A stretch of 64,000 bases of DNA from Trueperaceae bacterium (GTDB taxonomy: Bacteria; Deinococcota; Deinococci; Deinococcales; Trueperaceae): NCBI GenBank assembly GCA_034521815.1, contig JAXHLW010000013.1:640001-704000 (forward strand), written 5' to 3'. Every line of letters begins with the position of its first letter. Within the stretch, counting starts at the first letter, position 1. A program made the position numbers and the translations under genes. The notes beneath the pieces are model-generated. The model did not search any database and was not told the origin of the DNA. It saw only the letters and a list, made by a program, of their open reading frames with translations. This document shows positions 46,087 to 56,327 of this stretch, piece after piece.

Positions 46087-46522
46087 GCTGCTCGCCAACC
46101 GGCCGCTGGTGATCGCCCTGGCGGCGACGTTGGCGGCCCAGATCGTCAAGATCCTGATCGTTGCCGCGACGGAGCGCCGCTTCGCGCCCGAGCGGCTGCT
46201 CGAGACCGGAGGCATGCCGTCGTCGCACTCCGCGGCGGTCACGGCGCTGGCCATCTCGATCGGAATCCAGTACGGCTGGTCGTCGCCGCTGTTCGCGGTC
46301 GCCGCCGTCACCGGCGGGATCGTCATGTACGACGCGACCGGTATCCGGCGTGCCGCCGGCATGCAGGCGCAGATGATCAACGACCTGGTCGACGAGCTGG
46401 CTCACCTGTTCGACGAAGGGTTCCAGCCGCAGGCGCTCAAGACGCTTCTCGGTCATACCTACCCCCAAGTCCTGATCGGCGGCGTGTTGGGCGCGCTGAC
46501 GGCGGTCGTCCTGAACCCCTGA
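46079..46522 (+). CDS. Divergent PAP2 family (DUF212) protein
   Basis: TGGMPSSHSA, MYDATGIRRAAG, LGHT..QV. Confidence 0.92.
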   Translation: MAELLANRPLVIALAATLAAQIVKILIVAATERRFAPERLLETGGMPSSHSAAVTALAISIGIQYGWSSPLFAVAAVTGGIVMYDATGIRRAAGMQAQMINDLVDELAHLFDEGFQPQALKTLLGHTYPQVLIGGVLGALTAVVLNP

Positions 46523-47142
46523 CCCGCCGCATCGTTGCCGGCGCGCGCGACGACGGCGACGCGGACCTCACGCGCACCTGCTCTCAGCAGCGCGGTCCGG
46601 CACGCGCGCGCCGTCGCCCCGGTCGTCCAGACGTCGTCGACGAGCAGCACCGGGACCGGCGGCAGGCGTAGGCACTCGAACGCGCCCTCCACGTTCGATC
46701 GGCGCGCCGCCGAATCGCCGCGGGCCTGCCGCGCGGTCGCGCGGACCCGGCGCAGCCCGGCCCAGGCGGGCGCCCCCAGCTGAGGCGCAGCGGCGGCGGC
46801 CAACAGCCACGCCTGGTCGTAGCCGCGGCGGATCCTCCTGGACCGGTGCAACGGCACCGGCACGACCCGCCCGACCGGCCAGCCGGCGTAGCGCGTCTGC
46901 CGACCCAAGGCGCATCCGAGCGCGTGCGCCAGCGACCGGCGGCTTCCGAACTTGACCGCCCGGACGGCGCGCAGCCACGGCCCGTCGTACGGGCCGAGCC
47001 ACAGCACCTCGACCCCGTCCAGGCGGGAGGAGCCTGGCGGGACCGACAGCGTGGCGAGGCAGGCAGGGCAGGCGCCCGAGCGGCCGGACGCCGCGCGTCC
47101 GCAGAGTGGGCAGGGAAGAAGCGTGGCAGCGAGGATCCGCAT
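46459..47142 (-). CDS. comF: ComF family protein (zinc ribbon plus phosphoribosyltransferase)
   Basis: CPLC/CPAC, VPVPLH, RGYDQA, LLVDDVWTTGAT. Confidence 0.88.
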   Translation of the reverse strand: MRILAATLLPCPLCGRAASGRSGACPACLATLSVPPGSSRLDGVEVLWLGPYDGPWLRAVRAVKFGSRRSLAHALGCALGRQTRYAGWPVGRVVPVPLHRSRRIRRGYDQAWLLAAAAAPQLGAPAWAGLRRVRATARQARGDSAARRSNVEGAFECLRLPPVPVLLVDDVWTTGATARACRTALLRAGAREVRVAVVARAGNDAAGQGFRTTAVSAPNTPPIRTWG

Positions 47143-47210
47143 GGAGGCAGCCTAGACGGCCGCGTGCGCCGACACGCTGGCACCTGGGACGCCGGCCGCG
47201 GGTCCAGCGA

Positions 47211-48218
47211 TCAGGAGCGGCGGGCCGCCAAGCTTTCGACCAACGTGGTCACGGCCGATGCGCCTTCGGCGTCGGCGACCGTGGTCAGCGCATCGCGAAG
47301 AAGCGCGAGGCCTTCCTCGGCCTTCGCTTCCGCGACGTCTTGGGCGTGGTTCAGCGCACCCGCACGGCGCAGCAGGCTCAGCGCCTCGTCCATCTCCTCG
47401 GCCGACTTCGCGGCGCGCGGCCGATCGAGCAGCGCGCGCAGCCTGTCGCCACCGCTCGCGTCCAGCGTCGCGAACGCGTGCGCCAGGACGAGCGTCCGCT
47501 TTCCCTCGTAGAGGTCGCCGGCGAACTCCTTGCCGTAGCCGCCGTGCTCGTCGGGAAGCAGGTTCAGCACGTCGTCACGGATCTGGAACGCCGCGCCCAG
47601 CGCCAAGCCCGCGGCCTCGTAGCGAGGATCGGGAACCGCGCCCGCGATCAGAGCTCCGAGCCGAAGCGGCGCGACGACGGTGTAGTACGCGGTCTTGCGC
47701 TCGACCATCGCCAGGTAGTCGGCTTCGCCGACGTCGAAGCGGCGGGTCGCGACCCACGCCAGATCCAGATGCTGGCCTTCCGCGGTGCGGTCGATCGTGT
47801 CCAGGAACTCGCTCAGCACGTCGTCGCGCCAGGCGGCACGCTGCTCGATCAGGAGCCGCCACATCGCGACGTGCATCGCGTCGCCGACGTTGATCGCGAC
47901 CGGCGTGCCCACCGCGCGGTGCAGGGCGGGCTGGCCACGACGCGTCTCGGAGTCGTCCTCGACGTCGTCGTGAACGAGCACCCAGTTCTGGAACAGCTCC
48001 AGCGCGGCCGCGACCGGGAGCGCCGCGTCCGCGCTCGCGCCGTGCGCCAACGCCGAGGCGACCGTCAGCCGGCCGCGAAGGCCTTTTCCGCTCCGCTGCG
48101 GGTAGTCGCGTTGCAAACGCGCGAAGCGATCCAGCTCGGGCACGTCGTGACCTGCCGGTAACGCCGCCAGGACGCGCCGTTGGACGAGGCGATCGAGATC
48201 GCTGGGGAGTCGCGTCAC
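47211..48218 (-). CDS. Short-chain polyprenyl diphosphate synthase (GGPP synthase-like)
   Basis: GKGLR, FARM ELFQNWVLVHDDVED..RRG, GQHLDL, KTAYYT, SARM FQIRDD, DLYEGKRT. Confidence 0.92.
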   Translation of the reverse strand: MTRLPSDLDRLVQRRVLAALPAGHDVPELDRFARLQRDYPQRSGKGLRGRLTVASALAHGASADAALPVAAALELFQNWVLVHDDVEDDSETRRGQPALHRAVGTPVAINVGDAMHVAMWRLLIEQRAAWRDDVLSEFLDTIDRTAEGQHLDLAWVATRRFDVGEADYLAMVERKTAYYTVVAPLRLGALIAGAVPDPRYEAAGLALGAAFQIRDDVLNLLPDEHGGYGKEFAGDLYEGKRTLVLAHAFATLDASGGDRLRALLDRPRAAKSAEEMDEALSLLRRAGALNHAQDVAEAKAEEGLALLRDALTTVADAEGASAVTTLVESLAARRS

Positions 48219-48406
48219 CGGAACAGGACCGTCGTGAACAGCCAGGTGGCCAGAACCAGACCGAGCAGGACCACCAGGAACACCGGCAGCGTGGCGCGGT
48301 ACGAGGCGAAGATCAGTCGCACCACATCGCGTCGCGACAGGGCGGGCCGCCCCTCTCGGGGCGACCCGTCACGTTCGCGTCTGGTGGACTCGTCGTCTTC
48401 GACCAT
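48215..48406 (-). CDS. Small hypothetical membrane protein
   Basis: 63 aa with a C-terminal TM; GTGA-coupled to the prenyl synthase; GAGG SD. Confidence 0.6.
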   Translation of the reverse strand: MVEDDESTRRERDGSPREGRPALSRRDVVRLIFASYRATLPVFLVVLLGLVLATWLFTTVLFR

Positions 48407-48449
48407 GTCCGAGGCGACCTCCTGTCCGATCGTTCTGTGGACCGGTCCT

Positions 48450-49510
<1,061 letters not shown>

Positions 49511-49514
<4 letters not shown>

Positions 49515-50527
49515 GCGCCCACCTCGTCGTCCTTCAGATTGATCTCGTCCCACCGGATGCAGCGCACCATGTGACCTGCGCCGGTGTCCTCGAGCGGCGG
49601 GATCGCCTCCTTGCAGGCGTCCTTCATGTACTTGCAGCGCGGGTGGAACGCGCAGCCCTCGGGCAGGTTCAGCGGGTTGGGCACGTTGCCGGGGATCGCC
49701 TCGAGACGCTCCTGCGCCTCCGCGGCCTGGTCCACGCGCGGAATCGAGTTCAGCAGGCCCCTCGTGTACGGCATCTGCGGCTTCGCGTAGATGTCGTTCA
49801 CGTCCGCCTCCTCGACGGCGCGACCGGCGTACATCACCACCACGCGATCGGCGATCTCGGCCACGACGCCCAGATCGTGCGTGATGAACAGGATCGACAT
49901 GCCGATCTCGCGCTGCAGCTGCCGCATCAGGTCGAGGATCTGCGCCTGGATCGTCACGTCGAGCGCGGTGGTGGGCTCGTCCGCGATCAGCAGCTTCGGA
50001 CCGCACGACAGCGCCATCGCGATCATCACGCGCTGCCGCATGCCGCCCGACATCTGGTGCGGGTAGTTCCGCACGCGCTTGGCGGGCTCGGGGATCCCGA
50101 CGAGGTCCAGCATCTCCGTCGCGAGCTTCATCGCCTGCTTGCGGGTCTTGCCCTGGTGCAGCACGATCGCCTCGGCGATCTGATCACCGACGGTGTAGAC
50201 CGGGTTCAGGCTCGTCATCGGCTCCTGGAAGATCATGCTGATCTCGTTGCCGCGGATCTTGCGCATCTCGCGCTCGGACTTCTTCAGAATGTCCTGGCCC
50301 TCGAACTTGATCTCGCCCCCCGCGAACCGTCCGGGAGGCTGAGGAATGAGGCGCATCGCGGAGAGGCTGGTCACCGACTTGCCGGAGCCGGACTCGCCGA
50401 CCACGCCGAGCGTCTCGCCCTTGTCGATGTGGAAGCTGACGCCGTCCACCGCCTTGACGGTGCCTTCATCGGTGTCGAAGTACGTCTTGAGGTCGTGGAC
50501 CTCCAAGAGCCGGTCAGAATCGGGCAT
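49511..50527 (-). CDS. oppD: Oligopeptide ABC ATPase (OppD)
   Basis: [46 protein letters not shown]. Confidence 0.94.
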
Positions 50528-50802
50528 GCATGAATCTCCTCACGGAACCGGAATGGAACCCCGCACAGGCGGTCGCCCCCGGTGAGGGGGACGGCGACGG
50601 AATAGCGTGCCTCCGCCGCGGCAAGATCGCCTGCTCGAGATTCCGATTCGTGAGAGAACGCGCGACGCACGGCGCAAGACCAGCAGATAGGCGTCCGAAA
50701 GGAACGGACTGAGGAAGTGTACCCCAGATCGCCGACGGTCGGGCGGGGCCTCCAGTGTGTCCACGACGACGAAGGACTCAGCGTGCCGTGCGGAGGCCCG
50801 GC

Positions 50803-51995
50803 TCAGCGTCGCTTGCGGGGATCGAGCGCGTCGCGGAGACCGTCGCCGACCAAGTTCCACGACAGCACCGCGAGGAAGATCGGGATCCCCGGAATCAGGA
50901 GCCACGGCACGAACTGGATCGAGATCCCTCGCGCCGTCGCGTCGCGCAACAGCAGGCCCCAGCTGGCCGTGTCCACCTCGCTGGGGCCCAGGCCGATGAA
51001 CGACAGGCCCGTCTCGGTCAGGATGAAGCCGGGGATCGCGAGGGTCAGGTCCACGATCACGTAGCTCGCGGTGGCGGGCAGCAGGTGCCGCCACAGCACC
51101 CGGCTCTCGCTGGCGCCCAGCGCCTTGGCCGCCTGGGCGTAGTCCATCTCGCGAATCGACAGGATCAGGCTGCGGATCGTGCGCGCCAGGCCACCCCAGC
51201 CGACGAGCCCGAGCACCATCACGATCATCAGGAACGTCTGCGCGGAGTTCATCTGCAGACCGAACGCCCGCGCGAGCGGGTTGCGGGGGTCCTGCAGAAG
51301 GCTGGCCAGCACCACCAGCAGGAACAGGCCCGGAATCGCCGAGAGCACCTCGACGAGGCGCATCACGAACTCGTCGACCCAGCCTCCGTAGAACCCGGCC
51401 AGCCCGCCGAACAGCAGGCCGAGGGACAACGACACCCAGACGGCCAGGATGCCGATGGTGAGACTGACCTGTCCCCCGTACAGCACGCGACTGAACACGT
51501 CCTTGCCCAGGTTGTTCGTTCCCCACAGGAAGATGCGGGCGGGATCGTCCACCCCGAACAGGTGCAGGTCGCTCTCGATCAGACCGAGGATCTTGTACGT
51601 GGCTTCGGGACGCTGCACGAAGAACCGGATCGGATAGCGGGTGCTGGTGTCCTCGACGTACACCCGCTGGAACGTGATCGGGTCGCGCTCCTGCGCGACG
51701 TCGTACACGAACGGGCGCGTCAGGCGACCGGTGTCGGGGTCGGTCCAGTGGATTTGCGTGGGAGCGCGGAACGCCGCGGACGGACGCGTGCGGTACTCGT
51801 TGATCCCGTACGGCGCCAGGAAACCCGCGAACGCCGCGATGAGGTACATCACGATCAGCACGCCGCCGCCGATCAGGGCGACCCTGTGCTTCTTGAACTG
51901 CTCCCAGGCGATCTCGCCCTGGCTCTTGGACTGCTTCTTCAGCACCGGATCGGCGCTATCGGGCGAAGGACGGCTTCGGGGGATCGGTCGCTCAT
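50803..51995 (-). CDS. oppC: Oligopeptide ABC permease (OppC); ATG 51995 is out of frame, so either a frameshift near 51980 or a start at GTG 51945
   Basis: WEQFKKHRVA, GTNNLGKDVFSR, DYAQAAKALGA, GDGLRDALDPR. Confidence 0.9.
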
Positions 51996-52004
51996 CGCAC
52001 GGCC

Positions 52005-53006
52005 TCAGTCGTACCGGATCCGTGGGTCGACCACGGCCAGAAGGAGATCGGAGATCAGGTTGCCCACCATCAGCAGCAACGTCGTGATCACGACGAGCCC
52101 GAGCACCACGTAGATGTCCTGGCGGCTGATCGCCTCGAGCAGCGTCGGCGTGATACCGGGCCAGGACACGACGATCTCGACCAGGCCAGCGCCTCCGATC
52201 AGCACCGGCAGAATGCCGCCGATGCCGGCGACGAACGGGATGATCGCCGGCCGCAGCGCGTGCTTGTACGTCACGCTCCGTTGGCCCAGGCCTTTGGCGC
52301 GTGCGGTCCGGATGAAGTCGCTCGAGAGGTACTCGATCATCTGCGCGCGCAGCACCCGGGTGAACCCGGCGATGCCGGCGGTCGCGACCACGAACGCCGG
52401 CATCAGCGCGTGGAGGAAGATGTCCCACGCCTGCCGGTACCACGGCCAGTCCAGGTAGCCGCTGCTGGTCATCTGCGCGACCGGCAACAGCAGCTGGTTG
52501 AAGCCGAACGCCTCGCGCGTCCAGCCGCGGAGCACGAACAGGCCCAGGATCAGCACCTGCGCGAAGAAGAAGTTCGGGATCGCGAGGCCGAAGTAGCTGA
52601 CGGCGGACACGATCTGGTCCGCCGCGGAGTACTGACGCACCGCCGAGTACACGCCCAGCGGGATCGCCAGCGTGTACAGCATCACCAGCGACATCAGCAC
52701 CAGGATCATCGAGTTGCGGATCGGATCGAGGATCAGGTTCGTGACCGGCTGGTTGCTGCTGAACGACAGGCCCAGGTCGCCCTGGAGCAGGCTGCCCATC
52801 CACCGCACGTACTGCACCGGCCAGGGGAGATCGAGACCGAACTGGGTGCGCAGACGCTCGATCGTCTCGGGACGCACGTTGGGCTCCAGCGCACGTTGCG
52901 CCAGGAAGTCGCCCGGCACCAGCTGCGCGATCAGGAATGCGAGCAGGGTCGCCCCGACGAACGTGGGGATCAGGTTGAACAGGCGCCGGACGATATACGC
53001 GAACAC
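52005..53006 (-). CDS. oppB: Oligopeptide ABC permease (OppB)
   Basis: YIVRRL, VPGD, DFIRTARAKG, VDPRIRY; GTG after GGAGG. Confidence 0.93.
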   Translation of the reverse strand: MFAYIVRRLFNLIPTFVGATLLAFLIAQLVPGDFLAQRALEPNVRPETIERLRTQFGLDLPWPVQYVRWMGSLLQGDLGLSFSSNQPVTNLILDPIRNSMILVLMSLVMLYTLAIPLGVYSAVRQYSAADQIVSAVSYFGLAIPNFFFAQVLILGLFVLRGWTREAFGFNQLLLPVAQMTSSGYLDWPWYRQAWDIFLHALMPAFVVATAGIAGFTRVLRAQMIEYLSSDFIRTARAKGLGQRSVTYKHALRPAIIPFVAGIGGILPVLIGGAGLVEIVVSWPGITPTLLEAISRQDIYVVLGLVVITTLLLMVGNLISDLLLAVVDPRIRYD

Positions 53007-53060
53007 GAAAGAGGAGCCTCCTGCGAGGATCCGCGCCCCACGCGGGACGCGGCGCTTGCG

Positions 53061-53100
53061 AAAAAATAGGGGTCGGGGCGCGCTGGGCGCCCCGACCCGA
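53061..53100 (-). terminator. Intrinsic terminator-like hairpin between oppA and oppB
   Basis: Minus strand GGGTCGGGGCGC-CCA-GCGCGCCCCGACCC followed by CTATTTTTT. Confidence 0.8.
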
Positions 53101-53104
53101 AGTG

Positions 53105-54850
53105 CTACTGGACCTTGTAGGTCAGCGGCAGCTCGCGGGAGCCGAGCGCGTCGTTGATCAGGCCTTCGGGGTGCTCGCCGGCCACGTCGTTCAGCCAGCT
53201 GTAGTGCGACAGCGGGCTGACCGTGAAGATCTGCCCCTGGAGCGTCGCCAGCGTGTTCTGGAGCCGGAAGCCGATCTCCTGGGCAGCGTCGGTGTCGAGC
53301 TCCTGGCGACCCTGGAAGTAGAGCTCCTCGGCCAGCGTCTCCTGCGCGCTGAGGCACTCGCCGGAGGTGTTGTACATGTGCAGGTTCGTCCCGCACGGGA
53401 TCACGTTCACGCCGAACGGCCACACCCGGTTGCCGCCCTGCAGACCGATCAGGATCGCGTCGAACGGACGATCGTCGCCGGTCGAGAGGAGCTGGTCGAC
53501 GAGCAGGTTGAAGTCGATCGCCTGCACGTCGATGTCGACGCCCACCTCGCGGGCCGCGTCGGCGAAGATCTGGGTGATCTGCTCGCGCTGGGAGTTGCCG
53601 GCGTTCGTGGCCAGCGTGAACGACAGCTCGTTGCCGTCGGCGTCGACCAGGATGCCCGCCGAGTTCGTCTGCGTGAAGCCGATCTCGGCCAGCAGCTCGG
53701 TGGCGCGCTCGGGATCGAACGGGTACTTCGGAACGTCCGGGTTCACCCAGAAGTCGTACACCTGGTACACGTTCGACCACATCGGCGAGGCGGAGCCGCC
53801 GTACACCAGGTCCACGAGCGCCTCGCGATCCATGAGGTGGCTCATCGCCTGACGGAACGCCGTGTTGCGGAACAGGTTCTGCTTGAACGGATCGCTGGCC
53901 TTGTTCCAGTTGAACACCACGAACTGGCTGGAGGCGACGGGAGCGACGTTGGGAAGCAGCGTCGCGTCGACGTCGCCGTTGTTGATCGCCTGGCTGACGA
54001 CGCCGACCTCGTCGAGGTTCGCCGGCGAGTACGCGTCGATCTCGCCCGCGAGGTAGAGGTTCAGCGCGGCGTCGGTCGACTCGACGGTCTGGACGATGTA
54101 GCGGTCCAGGTAGGGAAGCGCGTTGCCCTGCTCGTCGACGTTCCACTCGCCGAAGTACTCGTTGCGCTCGAACACGACGCGCTGGCCGGGAACGTACTCG
54201 GTCGGCACGAACGCCGTGGCCCAGACGGTCTCGGAGATCTCCGCGTCGGTGCCCCAGGCGCCCTGCAGCGCCTCGGCGCCGCCGTCACGGTAGATCTCGC
54301 CCAGAACGTGATCGGGCGTGGGCACGATGGCCAGCACCGGCAGCGCGGTGCGGTCCTGCGTCGGGAAGGTGAAGCGCAGCGTCATCTCGTCGACCAGCTC
54401 GGCCTCGATCTGGGCGTCGCCGATGAACCAGCTGTCGTAGCCGTTCGAGCCGACGTCGGGATCGGTCTCCGCGAGGTAGGTGAGGTAGAAGTCCTGCGCG
54501 GTGATGTCTTCGCCGTCGGACCACTTCATGCCCTCACGCACGTTGACCGTCACGACCAGCCCGTCGTCGCTGATCTCGAAGCTCTCGGCCATGTACGGAA
54601 TGAACGCGTCCGAGTCGGGACCCTGCTGGATCAGCGTGGTGGCGTCAGCCAGGTCGACGACCTGGTTCTGCTCGGCGCTGATGATCGGGTTGAACGTCCG
54701 CGGGTCCGAGATGGCGTAATCGCGGAACGTACCGCCGTACGCCGCTTCGCCGGGCTCGGCGGCGGTCCAGGCGTTGGGCCACACGAACGGCTGCGCCGCC
54801 GCCATGGACACCACAGCCAGAGCTGCGAGGGAAAGAAGGACTCTCTTCAT
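53105..54850 (-). CDS. oppA: Oligopeptide ABC substrate-binding protein (OppA-like)
   Basis: Signal peptide MKRVLLSLAALAVVSMAAA, DPRTFNP, REGMKWSDG, FRQAMSH; SD GGAGG. Confidence 0.92.
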   Translation of the reverse strand: MKRVLLSLAALAVVSMAAAQPFVWPNAWTAAEPGEAAYGGTFRDYAISDPRTFNPIISAEQNQVVDLADATTLIQQGPDSDAFIPYMAESFEISDDGLVVTVNVREGMKWSDGEDITAQDFYLTYLAETDPDVGSNGYDSWFIGDAQIEAELVDEMTLRFTFPTQDRTALPVLAIVPTPDHVLGEIYRDGGAEALQGAWGTDAEISETVWATAFVPTEYVPGQRVVFERNEYFGEWNVDEQGNALPYLDRYIVQTVESTDAALNLYLAGEIDAYSPANLDEVGVVSQAINNGDVDATLLPNVAPVASSQFVVFNWNKASDPFKQNLFRNTAFRQAMSHLMDREALVDLVYGGSASPMWSNVYQVYDFWVNPDVPKYPFDPERATELLAEIGFTQTNSAGILVDADGNELSFTLATNAGNSQREQITQIFADAAREVGVDIDVQAIDFNLLVDQLLSTGDDRPFDAILIGLQGGNRVWPFGVNVIPCGTNLHMYNTSGECLSAQETLAEELYFQGRQELDTDAAQEIGFRLQNTLATLQGQIFTVSPLSHYSWLNDVAGEHPEGLINDALGSRELPLTYKVQ

Positions 54851-55116
54851 GCTACCTCCAAGATATCGGGGCGTCGCTCGTTCGGTGGTCCGACCCGATG
54901 TCGGCGTTCGTCCGAAACCGATACGGCGTACGCGTTCCGCGACACGTGCAGAGGGTAACCCAGGCAGGCGGCCCGAGACGTGAGGAGTCCCGCGCCGGGG
55001 ACGCCGTCGCCGCCGCACTATCGCGGTGTCGCTCGACTCACCATGGAGCGAGGCCCGGACCGTCACCGGGCCAGGCCTCTCGCGTTCGTTCGGCGGGTTC
55101 GCTGTCCAGCGGAACG

Positions 55117-55350
55117 CTAGCGGGGAACGACCTGCAGCAGCAGCGCCAGTGCGCCCCAGGAGACGCCCAGGTAGATCGTCACGCGCTGAAGCCCGCCGGC
55201 GGTGCCGCCGCCGGTGCCGAAGTCCTGGCCCCCGCCGCCACCGCCCGTCAAGCCGTCGCCCAGACCGGCCTGCTTGGGCTCTTGAATCAGGACGACCGTG
55301 GTGAGCAACACGGACGCGAGGACGAATAGGACGAGAACGATCCAGAACAA
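55117..55350 (-). CDS. secG: Preprotein translocase subunit SecG
   Basis: 77 aa; TM1, then VLIQEPKQAGLG and a Gly-rich loop, LQRVT, TM2; TTG after GGAGG; adjacent to tRNA-Leu. Confidence 0.88.
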   Translation of the reverse strand: MFWIVLVLFVLASVLLTTVVLIQEPKQAGLGDGLTGGGGGGQDFGTGGGTAGGLQRVTIYLGVSWGALALLLQVVPR

Positions 55351-55391
55351 GGGGACCTCCAACGCGGACGAGGGTCCGGGGGAAACGATGC

Positions 55392-55475
55392 TGGTGCCGG
55401 GAGCGGGATTCGAACCCGCACGGGTCTCCCCGGTAGATTTTGAGTCTACTGCGTCTACCGTTCCGCCATCCCGGC
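55392..55475 (-). tRNA. tRNA-Leu(CAA)
   Basis: GCCGGGA...TCCCGGCACCA, anticodon arm GTAGA-CTCAAAA-TCTAC, long variable arm. Confidence 0.97.
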
Positions 55476-55613
55476 ACGGAGTCAACGTTCGATGCTAGCA
55501 ACGAGGGGCCCTGCGGTCAACCGACGCGGGAGCCGAAGCCCCGATACGGACGCGCTCCGAACACCGTCTTTTGGGCGTCCGCCCGGCCGGAGCGCGCTGG
55601 TAGCATGGCGCGC

Positions 55614-56327
55614 ATGGCCATCGCCGTCGTCCTCTTCCCGGGCTCCAACTGCGACCAGGACACCGTTTGGGCGTTGGGGCGCATCCTCGGAGCCGAGGTG
55701 GTCGAGGTTCCGCACACCAGCGCGGACGTGATGGGCGCCGACGCGGTGGTGCTGCCGGGCGGCTTCAGCTACGGCGACTACCTTCGCAGCGGCGCGTTGG
55801 CGGCCCGCAGCCCGGTGATGGGAGCGGTCCGCGCGTTCGCCCAGCGTGGCGGTCCGGTCCTCGGCGTCTGCAACGGCTTCCAGGTCTTGACCGAGGCCGG
55901 GCTGCTCCCCGGCGCCCTGGCGCGGAACGACGGCCTGCACTTCGTGTGCAAGGACGTGCACGTGCGCGTCGAGCGGGCAGCCCCGCCGTTCACCGGGCGC
56001 GCCGCACGGGGCGACGTGCTGCGTCTTCCCGTCGCGCATCACGACGGGCGTTTCGTCGCCGGCCCCGAGCTGCTGGCGCGTCTCGAGGGAGAGGGCCGGA
56101 TCGCGTTCCGCTACGTCGCTTCGGACGGGCGCAGGGATCCCGCGGCGAATCCGAACGGCAGCGACGGCGACGTGGCGGGCATCGTCGACGCGCGCGGCAC
56201 GGTGCTGGGCATGATGCCGCACCCCGAGCGGGCCGCCGATCCTCTCCTGGGCGGCGAGGACGGACTCGTCGTGCTGGGATCCCTGCTGGACGCTCTGGCC
56301 GGCGCGGCCGCCGAGGCGACGGCGTGA
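55614..56327 (+). CDS. purQ: FGAM synthase glutaminase subunit
   Basis: FPGSNCD, PGGFSYGDYLR, GVCNGFQ, GMMPHPER; ATG seven nt after TAGCAT. Confidence 0.96.
   Translation: MAIAVVLFPGSNCDQDTVWALGRILGAEVVEVPHTSADVMGADAVVLPGGFSYGDYLRSGALAARSPVMGAVRAFAQRGGPVLGVCNGFQVLTEAGLLPGALARNDGLHFVCKDVHVRVERAAPPFTGRAARGDVLRLPVAHHDGRFVAGPELLARLEGEGRIAFRYVASDGRRDPAANPNGSDGDVAGIVDARGTVLGMMPHPERAADPLLGGEDGLVVLGSLLDALAGAAAEATA

Noticed and set aside
42014-46522. accBC as part of the sphingolipid cluster
   Set aside because: Belongs to the conserved housekeeping efp-accB-accC-asp23-nusB-folD operon, on the opposite strand and separated by dusB and a GNAT
46459-46522. 64-nt convergent overlap between comF and DUF212
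   Set aside because: Best explained by stop-codon scarcity in high-GC DNA; the ComF tail is not conserved-looking
53105-55501. 798-aa ORF spanning the tRNA, secG and oppA
   Set aside because: Overextended call; oppA starts at 54850 with an SD and signal peptide, and the upstream part overlaps secG and tRNA-Leu
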